From a virus (lineage: Duplodnaviria; Caudoviricetes): 41,658 nt of DNA. The stretch lies in IMG/VR virus record IMGVR_UViG_3300046396_000002, positions 1 to 41,658 of that record; one strand, 5' to 3'. The notes under the pieces are model-generated. The model was not told the DNA's origin, ran no database searches, and saw nothing but the letters and a program-made list of their open reading frames with translations. Both the position numbers and the translations under genes were made by a program. Below are positions 17,596 through 25,528 of the stretch, in pieces. How positions within the stretch are numbered: the stretch's first letter is position 1; every line of letters starts with the position of its first letter.

Positions 17596-18675
17596 ATGAT
17601 GTCTGCTGCTCCTGTTCGGCAAGTTCACCAAACTACCCGTGTTGCAATTTGCTATAAGAATTTTGCCGCGAACAAAGGAATCTCACACATTGGGCTTGGT
17701 GTCTCAGCCACGCAGAATCAAAAAGCATTACGTGCGGCAGGTTACATGGCCGAGGTGTGGCCGATACTTGGCGCTCAAGACTTGGCACAAAAACTTGCAG
17801 CTGATCGGGCGACCGCTAGTGTAGCGCATCACGTTCCTGTAACCCATGTTGTGGTATCGGCGCCATGGATTGCCACAGCTGATCTTTCGAAGCTGGTATT
17901 TGCTTACCCTGACATAGAGTTCGTAGTCGTATCCCATTCAAACATCGGATTTCTCCAAGCTGATCCTCGAGCCATTGAGCTATTAAGACAAGGATCAGAA
18001 CTTGAACAAGCAGCGCCAAACTTTCATATTGCGGGTAACTCAGGGAAGTTTCAGAAATGGTGGCAGGCTACTTATCAAACCAGACTTCTCCTGCTCCCGA
18101 ATATGTATCCGTTCGATTACATTCGGCAAAAGCCGCAATGGTCGGGTGGAAGGTTGCGAATCGGTTGCTTCTGTGCGATCCGTCCATATAAGAACGTACT
18201 AACCGCAGCAGCAGCGGCGCTTGAAGTGGGCGTTCGTTTACGCTCGACAGACCTTGAGTTCTGGATATCGGGCGGCCGGACAGAGGGCGGCGGTGGAACG
18301 ATTACAAACGCAATTCACCAGATGTACGTGAATATGCCGCGCGCGAAAGTTGTAGAGAACAATTGGCAATCTTGGCCTAGCTTCGTAGCCACTGTTGGTT
18401 CAATGGACTTACTCCTGCAGCCCTCTTATACCGAAGCGTTCAACATGGTCACCGCTGATGGAATTAGCCGCGGTGTGGCCTCCGTAGTCGGAGAGGCAAT
18501 CAGTTGGGCTCCGAGCAACTGGATAGCTTCGACAGATGCAGCCAGCGACATTGCGAACAAAGCTGTGGCCCTCTTGCATGACCCTGGCGCAGTAGATGAA
18601 GGCGTAGAGGCACTAATCCAGAACAACAATAGCGCGCTCAATCATTGGAAGACGTTTCTGACTCTGCATCCATAA
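17596..18675 (+). CDS. GT-B fold glycosyltransferase (GT4-like)
   Basis: IGCFCAIRPYKNVLTA and MDLLLQPSYTEAFNMVTADGISRGVASV match the GT4 C-terminal donor-binding signature. Confidence 0.8.
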   Translation: MMSAAPVRQVHQTTRVAICYKNFAANKGISHIGLGVSATQNQKALRAAGYMAEVWPILGAQDLAQKLAADRATASVAHHVPVTHVVVSAPWIATADLSKLVFAYPDIEFVVVSHSNIGFLQADPRAIELLRQGSELEQAAPNFHIAGNSGKFQKWWQATYQTRLLLLPNMYPFDYIRQKPQWSGGRLRIGCFCAIRPYKNVLTAAAAALEVGVRLRSTDLEFWISGGRTEGGGGTITNAIHQMYVNMPRAKVVENNWQSWPSFVATVGSMDLLLQPSYTEAFNMVTADGISRGVASVVGEAISWAPSNWIASTDAASDIANKAVALLHDPGAVDEGVEALIQNNNSALNHWKTFLTLHP

Positions 18676-19070
18676 TGCGCGAAACATTGAGATGTCCGCA
18701 CTGCAGCCTGAATCAGTTCAAGACGGTTTCAGGAGATTGCAGGCGATGCCGCAAGGCTCTGGTGATTGTCGAAGCGGCGCAACCTGTAAAGCTGGCGGTA
18801 ATCATCGACAACAGCAACTTCATGCTTCCGCCAATCGGAAGCAAGATGGACGAAGCAATAGCCTTGACTTCTAAAACTTTGCGGCAAGCATTCAACTTTT
18901 CACAAAAAGACGCCGCAGAGCGGTACGGGTGCGCACATTCTTATTTTACGAAAATAGAGAACGCAACCATGAGCATGACAGTTCCTTCTGTCGCTCGCTT
19001 GGCAAGCACTTACGATCTATCACTCGGTTGCTTCATGCAGATTGTTGAAACAGTAGCTCATGCCCAATAA
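18675..19070 (+). CDS. Zn-ribbon plus XRE-family HTH protein
   Basis: RETLRCPHCSLNQF...CRRCRK; LRQAFNFSQKDAAERYGCAHSYFTKIEN. Confidence 0.8.
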   Translation: MRETLRCPHCSLNQFKTVSGDCRRCRKALVIVEAAQPVKLAVIIDNSNFMLPPIGSKMDEAIALTSKTLRQAFNFSQKDAAERYGCAHSYFTKIENATMSMTVPSVARLASTYDLSLGCFMQIVETVAHAQ

Positions 19071-19827
19071 CTTCAAACTCGGCAAAAAGGCTGCGAAGCG
19101 CGATAAGCGTACTCTCCGATTTGCGCATTATGCTACCTCGCTGCCTGCTCCGCCAGCGGAAGTGAATTGGACTAAAGGTATCAGTAATTACGGCATGATG
19201 CTGAATGACAGTTTAGGAGATTGCACTATCGCAGCCTGTGGGCATGCTGTGCAAACCTGGACCGCGGACGCGAGTTCAGAATTAACCCTTCCTGATTGGG
19301 TGATCCAGTTTTACTACCAGACATGGTGCGGATATAACCCTACTGATCCTTCTACAGATCAGGGCGGAGTCGAAGTCGATGTTCTGAATAACTGGCGGAA
19401 ATACGGATTCGGATTCCGATCAAATCATCAGGGAGCACGCAAGCTCTACGCCTACGTTGACCCTGATCCGGTAAATCTCTTTCACGTCAAACAGGCCATT
19501 GCACTGCTCGGCGGAGTCTATATCGGAATTGAACTGCCGCTCACGGCTCAATCGCAAGCCGTTTGGGATGCAGTGCAGACCTCAGATGGTGAAGATGCGC
19601 CGGGGAGTTGGGGTGGTCATGCGGTGTGGGTTGTTGGGTACAGCGTCGTCGGTCCCGTTTGCATAACTTGGGGTGCTCTAAAACAGATGACATGGAGCTT
19701 CTGGAATAAATATGTCGATGAGGTCCATGCGCTCCTGTCCTATGACTTCATCCAGCAAACCACATACTCCCCGAGCGGATTCAATCTCACAGCGCTAGCT
19801 GCTGATTTGCAGTTGGTGACAGCATGA
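19060..19827 (+). CDS. Papain-like (C1-type) cysteine peptidase
   Basis: NDSLGDCTIAA (catalytic Cys), WGGHAVWVVGY (catalytic His), ITWG. Confidence 0.75.
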   Translation: MPNNFKLGKKAAKRDKRTLRFAHYATSLPAPPAEVNWTKGISNYGMMLNDSLGDCTIAACGHAVQTWTADASSELTLPDWVIQFYYQTWCGYNPTDPSTDQGGVEVDVLNNWRKYGFGFRSNHQGARKLYAYVDPDPVNLFHVKQAIALLGGVYIGIELPLTAQSQAVWDAVQTSDGEDAPGSWGGHAVWVVGYSVVGPVCITWGALKQMTWSFWNKYVDEVHALLSYDFIQQTTYSPSGFNLTALAADLQLVTA

Positions 19828-20318
19828 AGCCGATCTGCCTGTTCGCATCAACTGAGCGCGGCGATCCTGCCTCGGGAATTATTCGGTTCTTCGATCTTAG
19901 CGACATTAGCCATGTGGGATTCATGCGGCTCTGCGATGGGTGGACATTCTCCGCGATGGTAGATGGTGGAGTGAAATGGCGTCCGCCAAATCCTCACGCG
20001 AAGATTCTATTGCTCGACACTCCGCGGGTTATGGACATGTTCGCTATGGCCTTGACTAAAGAAGGTGCGGAGTACAACAAGCTGGCCATTGTCGGGATGG
20101 TGTTTCACCGCAATTGGTCGAATGCGAATGATGAATTCTGTAATCAGCTTGTGTTCTGGACCGCAGAAGGAATGCCTGATCCAGACCCGCTCATCAATCC
20201 GACATTCATTCCCATTCAGCACACTTGGCCTTCTGACTTACTCAAAAGCACGAAGGTCACAAAGCTGGAAATCGACGTTAAGACTTTGCCGTGGGCTAAT
20301 CCGGAGAACGTTCAATAA
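19824..20318 (+). CDS. Circularly permuted papain-like/NlpC-P60 enzyme (YiiX/YebB-like)
   Basis: SHVGF (His first), GAEYN, FCNQLV (Cys late). Confidence 0.65.
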   Translation: MKPICLFASTERGDPASGIIRFFDLSDISHVGFMRLCDGWTFSAMVDGGVKWRPPNPHAKILLLDTPRVMDMFAMALTKEGAEYNKLAIVGMVFHRNWSNANDEFCNQLVFWTAEGMPDPDPLINPTFIPIQHTWPSDLLKSTKVTKLEIDVKTLPWANPENVQ

Positions 20319-20908
20319 TGCAGCTTAACGTCAATCTCGTTGTCACTGACCGCAGCGCACAAGTGAAGAAAGATATCTCTTCGCTTCTGACGATGCAGGT
20401 CTATGTCGGCATTCCCGAAGCCGGATCAGTACGAAACAAAGCAGGAATTACAAATGCACAATTAGCTTTCCTGCATACGAATGGTGTGCGAGCCACTGAC
20501 ATGCGCCGAATTGTTGCGGCGTCCATGATTAACCGGAAGATTAGCTACAGCGATGCGACGGCACTCTATATTCACTCCCACGGATCACCGCTTTGGCAGA
20601 TTCCGCCGAGGCCGATCATTGAGCCTGCGATTGAAGCCAAAGGGACTATTGAACCGATCCGGGACGAACTGAAAGAAGCCGCAACCGCAGTCTTAGATGG
20701 CGACAAAGCCGAAGCAGTGCGACATTTGAAGCGAGCTGGGATGACGGGACAAAATGCAGCGCGGGCTTTTTTTACTGATCCTAGAAATGGATGGGCACCT
20801 AATGCGCCAAGCACTATTAAGGCGAAGGGCTCGGATCGGCCACTTATCGACACAGCACAGTTGCGAAAGTCGATTACTTATGTGGTCGATCAGGGAAAGG
20901 TGCAATGA
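20318..20908 (+). CDS. Neck/tail-completion protein (HK97 gp10-like)
   Basis: VYVGIPE, IPPRPII, WAPNAPSTIKAKGSDRPLIDTAQLRKSITYVV. Confidence 0.85.
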   Translation: MQLNVNLVVTDRSAQVKKDISSLLTMQVYVGIPEAGSVRNKAGITNAQLAFLHTNGVRATDMRRIVAASMINRKISYSDATALYIHSHGSPLWQIPPRPIIEPAIEAKGTIEPIRDELKEAATAVLDGDKAEAVRHLKRAGMTGQNAARAFFTDPRNGWAPNAPSTIKAKGSDRPLIDTAQLRKSITYVVDQGKVQ

Positions 20909-21066
20909 GCTGGTTATTTAGAATGGCTGATTGCTTGGACTCCGGTCCGATCGGATGGCTTATATGTTTTGCAGCCGGAGCGATCATAGTTTTGGTGGCT
21001 GATTATTGGCATGAAAGACATTTAGCAAAACGAATAGACAGATTTAAGGCAGAACGTGGATCTTAG
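20905..21066 (+). CDS. Small single-pass membrane protein (53 aa)
   Basis: Hand translation MSWLFRMADCLDSGPIGWLICFAAGAIIVLVADYWHERHLAKR...; ATGA overlap. Confidence 0.5.
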   Translation: MSWLFRMADCLDSGPIGWLICFAAGAIIVLVADYWHERHLAKRIDRFKAERGS

Positions 21067-21412
21067 CGAAGTTGTCTCCGATCCCGACCTTGCCGAATCC
21101 TTCACGATCACGCGCAATACTGGCGCATTCGGATCAGGCGGATGGATACCAAACGCTCCTACGGTCATTCCTGCTTATGGGATAGTCAGTGTCGCCAAGC
21201 AAGCAGACTTAGACGCGATTCCCGAAGCCGATAAAATCAGCGAAGCAATGGTCTTTCATTCCACGCAAGAGATGTTCATCACGAATGCCGCGGGTTCCGC
21301 AACGAGTGACACTCTGCAGTGGCAAGGGACTAATTACCGTGTGTACTCAGTAGCGAACTATTCCAACCGTGGATATTGGAAAGCGATAGCTACAAAGATG
21401 GCGGGAAGTTAA
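21056..21412 (+). CDS. Head-closure/stopper protein
   Basis: DLDAIPEAD, DTLQWQGTNYRV...GYWKAIA; neck-module position. Confidence 0.75.
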   Translation: MDLSEVVSDPDLAESFTITRNTGAFGSGGWIPNAPTVIPAYGIVSVAKQADLDAIPEADKISEAMVFHSTQEMFITNAAGSATSDTLQWQGTNYRVYSVANYSNRGYWKAIATKMAGS

Positions 21413-21413
21413 T

Positions 21414-21566
21414 TTGGACGTTCCTTTTGAAGTCTCTTGGCAAACGGGAAAGATCATAGTACATGCCTCTTCCGAAAAAGAAGCTCTCAACATAGCAATT
21501 GAATACCTGCGCGCACTAGAAAACAAAATACTCACAGCAGTTCCCAATCCTCGCGCCATTGAATGA
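21414..21566 (+). CDS. Possible small protein (50 aa, TTG start)
   Basis: Open frame exactly filling the gap and ending in an ATGA overlap. Confidence 0.3.
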   Translation: MDVPFEVSWQTGKIIVHASSEKEALNIAIEYLRALENKILTAVPNPRAIE

Positions 21567-22240
21567 GCACCTTTCCTACACCTCTAATTCCCAGCACAAT
21601 CAACAAAGCATTGCAGCAAGCTACGCTGTCAATGCTGGGATTGGCGAACAATGCCTACAACTTAGTGCGTGTGGGATGGCAAACGACTGGACAGCCTTTT
21701 GAGAACGTAACAGATGATATCTGCTACCTGCGAGCTGTGGAAGATGACGATCCTTACAATCGAGTTCGTGACGTAAGGATTTTTCCAACTGATTACGGAG
21801 AAGGACTGTACAACCAAGGCGGGTACGACGATCCGCAGGCAGTTGGTGGATTTACTCAAGTCACGACCTACACGCGAGTGTGGCGAGTCTCTTGGACGCT
21901 TTACGGTCCTAACTCATTTGACAGAGCACGAATGTTACGCAGTGCGCTCTTTAGCCAGTCGTCCCATGATCTCTTTGCCGCTTCGAATCTTTACTTTGTA
22001 ACCGATGTCTCTGCCCCACGCCGCGTCCCTGAATACTTCAATGGCGAATGGTGGGAGCGCATGGACTTCGAAGCGCAATTCAACGAAGCCGTCTCCGAAG
22101 TCGAAGCGATCACCACCGTAGGCAGCGTGGAAGTGATCCTCGAAGACAAGAACGGGATTTTGGCCGATATCACTGCCAATGGAGCAGTTGAGTACAACCA
22201 AGGCGGCTATAACGCAGGTGGGTATGGTGGTGGACAGTAA
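21563..22240 (+). CDS. Tail terminator/neck protein
   Basis: Directly before the sheath; WTLYGPNSFDRA, PEYFNGEWWERMDF; carries YNQGGY repeats. Confidence 0.75.
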   Translation: MSTFPTPLIPSTINKALQQATLSMLGLANNAYNLVRVGWQTTGQPFENVTDDICYLRAVEDDDPYNRVRDVRIFPTDYGEGLYNQGGYDDPQAVGGFTQVTTYTRVWRVSWTLYGPNSFDRARMLRSALFSQSSHDLFAASNLYFVTDVSAPRRVPEYFNGEWWERMDFEAQFNEAVSEVEAITTVGSVEVILEDKNGILADITANGAVEYNQGGYNAGGYGGGQ

Positions 22241-22263
22241 CTACGAGTTTAGGAGCTTAGAAC

Positions 22264-23652
22264 ATGTCTAGCCCAGCAACATTGCCGCTTTCGAATATCG
22301 TCAACGTGACGGTACTCATTTCTCCCCAAGCTCCTGCTCAGCCACAATTCAATCAAGGATTGATTGTTGGGAATAGCGGCGTCATTCCTTCTTCGGGAGC
22401 AAATTCAAGAATCCGGCAATATACCGGACTTGCGGGAATGCTCACCGATGGATTCACTACGAGCTCGCCCGAGTACCTTGCCGCCAGTCTGTATTTCAGC
22501 CAGCAGCCGTCTCCTCAATTTCTGTGGGTTGGGTGCCAAGATCCCGCAGGATTGAATGTTGTTATCCCGCACTCGGGAAATGCAGGAACGGGGTATCAGG
22601 TAGGAGATGTCATTACTCCGACTCAGGGTTCGTCATCTGGTGGAACTTTGAAAGTTACGACCATTGGCGGAGGCGGAGCGGTTACGGGTTTAACACTTGT
22701 GACCAGCGGAACGGGTTATTCCGTAGCAACTGCGCTTGCGACCACAGGCGGACATGGCACGGGCTTAGAAGTGGATATCTCCAGCATCGGAGAACCGGCA
22801 TTGCAAGCTGTGATCGCCTGCCGCGCAAAGAGCTATGCATGGTACGGCTTCATGGTTACCGATGCAGCGGATGCAGATCACCTGGCATTAGCGCTGTGGG
22901 CGCAGACGGCTAGTCCTTATGTTGTGTACTTCTACAACACAGCAGATGCGGCAGTCCTAAATAACACTGGTGGAAACATCGCTGCGGTGATGCAGGCCGA
23001 TAACTACAACCGCGCAATCGGTATTTACTCGACTACCCAAAGCGGCCTATTTCCAAACAATACCTATGCGTCGGCAGCCATGCTCGGAACGGCCATGGGA
23101 TTGACCACAGAGCTGGCTAACTCCTACTTCACGATGAAGTTCAAAGTTCTCACCGGAGTGGGGACTGAGCCACTAACACAAACTCAGATCACGTCGCTAG
23201 AAGGTCTAAACATCAATCTCTATCTCGACTATGCGAACGCCTACACGATATTCGAACAAGGCGTCATGGCGAACGGCCAGTTCTTTGATGAGATCAGCAA
23301 CATTGACATTTTGGTGAGCAACATTCAGTACGGGATCATGAATCTGCTCACGGAAAGTCCTTCAGTTCCACAGACTGATCCTGGCGAGGCTCAGCTTATT
23401 CATGCAGTGAATCAGGCTTGCGAAACCTCGCGCCAAGTCGGATTTATTGCAGGTGGAGTTTGGCAAGGCGTGCAGATCGTAAACTTACAACCCGGAACGA
23501 CTCTGCCAAAGGGTTACCTCGCGCAAGCCTATCCGTACTCCACGCAATCGGCCTCGGATCGAGCGGCACGCAAGGCGATGCCTATCTACTTAGCGATTAT
23601 CGAGTCTGGAGCTGTCCATTTTGTTCAAGTACAGATTTTTGTACAGCGCTAA
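22264..23652 (+). CDS. Tail sheath protein (DUF3383 family)
   Basis: LPLSNIVNVTV, DGFTTSSPEYLAASLYFSQ, TMKFKVLTGV, GVMANGQFFDE, VPQTDPG, SGAVHFV. Confidence 0.92.
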   Translation: MSSPATLPLSNIVNVTVLISPQAPAQPQFNQGLIVGNSGVIPSSGANSRIRQYTGLAGMLTDGFTTSSPEYLAASLYFSQQPSPQFLWVGCQDPAGLNVVIPHSGNAGTGYQVGDVITPTQGSSSGGTLKVTTIGGGGAVTGLTLVTSGTGYSVATALATTGGHGTGLEVDISSIGEPALQAVIACRAKSYAWYGFMVTDAADADHLALALWAQTASPYVVYFYNTADAAVLNNTGGNIAAVMQADNYNRAIGIYSTTQSGLFPNNTYASAAMLGTAMGLTTELANSYFTMKFKVLTGVGTEPLTQTQITSLEGLNINLYLDYANAYTIFEQGVMANGQFFDEISNIDILVSNIQYGIMNLLTESPSVPQTDPGEAQLIHAVNQACETSRQVGFIAGGVWQGVQIVNLQPGTTLPKGYLAQAYPYSTQSASDRAARKAMPIYLAIIESGAVHFVQVQIFVQR

Positions 23653-23667
23653 TTTTAAGGAGCGTAA

Positions 23668-24120
23668 ATGAGCACAATTTATTCGTTCAAAGATACGGCA
23701 GGCGCTTTTACGCATCCTCTTGCTGGCGCTTTTCTGTTCGCTGGCCAGATCGGCATGAATCAGGCGCACGTCTCTATGACCACCGAGAAAACGCAACACA
23801 ACATTGCCGCCGATGGCTCGGTGATGATTTCCTACATCTCTGCGGATAACGGATCAATCGCAATCGAGGTTCAGCAGACCAGCGATCTACATGCTTTCCT
23901 TCTCGCTTGGTACAACACGATCAAAGTTTTGGCCGATCAGGGAAATGTGACGAATTGGGCGACAGCGGCCATCACTCTGCGGAACTTGGTTGATGGCAGC
24001 ATTCACGAAGCTACTGGAGTAAGCCCTTCGAAGATTCCCGATAAGGTCTATGCCGCTCAAGGCCAGAACATTACGTGGACTCTCATGTGCGCAGATATCC
24101 AGTCAGTGACAATCGCCTAA
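23668..24120 (+). CDS. Tail tube protein (DUF3277-like)
   Basis: IYSFKD, IAADGSVM, GSIAIEVQQTS; 150 aa, follows the sheath. Confidence 0.85.
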   Translation: MSTIYSFKDTAGAFTHPLAGAFLFAGQIGMNQAHVSMTTEKTQHNIAADGSVMISYISADNGSIAIEVQQTSDLHAFLLAWYNTIKVLADQGNVTNWATAAITLRNLVDGSIHEATGVSPSKIPDKVYAAQGQNITWTLMCADIQSVTIA

Positions 24121-24124
24121 GTTT

Positions 24125-24583
24125 ATGGAAAAAACCAAAGACGTAGACATTAGCGGCGTTCGCTACCAGATCGGGAAAATGACTGCTCGAGATGGTAGTT
24201 GGATCGCCATGCAGATTCTAACCAAAGTGCTTCCCGCCGGACTCGATGAAAAGGTGACTGGTGGGAGTTCACTGCCGGCGAAACGCTCCGAGATGAGCGA
24301 GCAGGAATTTCACAATATTCAGGATCATTGCTTGGCGGTATGCGCTCGGTACAAATTAGTGGGTAATGTGGAAGCTGCTCTACCGGTATTTGATCGCCCT
24401 GGTAAATTGAATCCTGATCTCGAGCACGACGTTCTAACCGTGATGGCCTTAACAGCTCATGCACTCGCTTTCAACATCGCACCTTTTTTCGCCGAGGACG
24501 CATTGAAACCAGTCCTAGCCAGCTTTCAGGGCCTGAACCTGTTCAGTGCGTCCAACTCGACCTCTTCCTCTTCCGCCCAGTAA
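24125..24583 (+). CDS. Tail assembly chaperone (gpG-like)
   Basis: Lies between tube and tape measure; ends shortly after FNIAPFF, which contains the slippery T TTT TTC. Confidence 0.8.
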   Translation: MEKTKDVDISGVRYQIGKMTARDGSWIAMQILTKVLPAGLDEKVTGGSSLPAKRSEMSEQEFHNIQDHCLAVCARYKLVGNVEAALPVFDRPGKLNPDLEHDVLTVMALTAHALAFNIAPFFAEDALKPVLASFQGLNLFSASNSTSSSSAQ

Positions 24584-24726
24584 TTGCAGGATTGTGGCAA
24601 CAGCATCAGACGTTCGATGGAACATACGATTTAGAGGATTTGCTTGATGTCCACGAACTTTTGGACATGAAAGAGGAGAATCGGCGACGAGCAGAAGCGT
24701 GGGCCGAGCAGCAGAAAATCCGATGA
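24484..24726 (+). CDS. -1 frameshift extension of the tail assembly chaperone (gpGT-like)
   Basis: Heptamer T TTT TTC at 24484-24490; -1 frame is open to TGA 24726 and reads ...DLFLFRPVIAGLWQQHQTFDGTYDLEDLLDVHELLDMKEENRRRA; no suitable ATG of its own. Confidence 0.8.
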   Translation, partial: FFRRGRIETSPSQLSGPEPVQCVQLDLFLFRPVIAGLWQQHQTFDGTYDLEDLLDVHELLDMKEENRRRAEAWAEQQKIR

Positions 24727-24884
24727 GTGATGATTGGGGTAAGCCTCTACCAGTAGAGCAACCCAAAGTAGAGGATAAGCTGGAAGAAGAATACGTTGAT
24801 CCTCAGCTAGTAATCGCGAAGTGCCTTATGAGGCTAGTGGAATTGTTCGAAGAGCAGAATGAGATTTTGCGTAATCGTCACTGA
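24723..24884 (+). CDS. Small acidic hypothetical protein
   Basis: ATGA overlap with the gpGT stop; 53 aa. Confidence 0.5.
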   Translation: MSDDWGKPLPVEQPKVEDKLEEEYVDPQLVIAKCLMRLVELFEEQNEILRNRH

Positions 24885-25453
24885 TTGCGAATCTTTTCCT
24901 TCTCGGCTTCGTTGATGAGCATTTGTCCTATGTTGCGCAGCGTGGTACGAAAAGGGAGATTGAAGTTCTTCATGGGCTGTGCGCTTCTATCTCTGTGACC
25001 GGTGTCACCGATCACAAACCCGTCTACATCTACCCAGTTAGTAGCGGAGATTGATATGGTAGCGGCTTTTACATCCACATCCACCCAGCGCCACCGGAAC
25101 CCTATAATGCTGCATTTCTGCTTCGATTCAGGAGTGTCCAGCAATGCAAGGAGCTCTGGGTTATTGCAGAACGATGCTCCGCGATAGTACGAAATTATCT
25201 TTGCATGATAAATGCCAGTTTCAACGAATCTTTGGGCCGCCAGTTCTTCGGAAATGTCTAACGGAGAAATGAAATCTTCTTGGGCATTATCAGAATAAAC
25301 AAGAACTGGAGTTGTCCAATGACCAAACCAAACTATCGAAATCGGTTCGCCAGAGTTCGGATCAACCTGAACCATGCGTGGCGCGTACTGAGCAAACGAT
25401 ATCACCTGCAATAGTAATACGAAGCCAGCACCCACGATGTAAGTACATTTCAC
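24878..25453 (-). CDS. Reverse-strand exported protein (moron-like)
   Basis: MKCTYIVGAGFVLLLQVISFA|QYAP signal peptide; the only long ORF in the gap. Confidence 0.7.
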   Translation of the reverse strand: MKCTYIVGAGFVLLLQVISFAQYAPRMVQVDPNSGEPISIVWFGHWTTPVLVYSDNAQEDFISPLDISEELAAQRFVETGIYHAKIISYYRGASFCNNPELLALLDTPESKQKCSIIGFRWRWVDVDVKAATISISATNWVDVDGFVIGDTGHRDRSAQPMKNFNLPFRTTLRNIGQMLINEAEKEKIRNQ

Positions 25454-25528
25454 GAACAGAGTATCCCCTAATCTACTAAAAGCTCCAATAACACTTTCGT
25501 CTCACAAACAAAAAGCGAATACCCGCAA

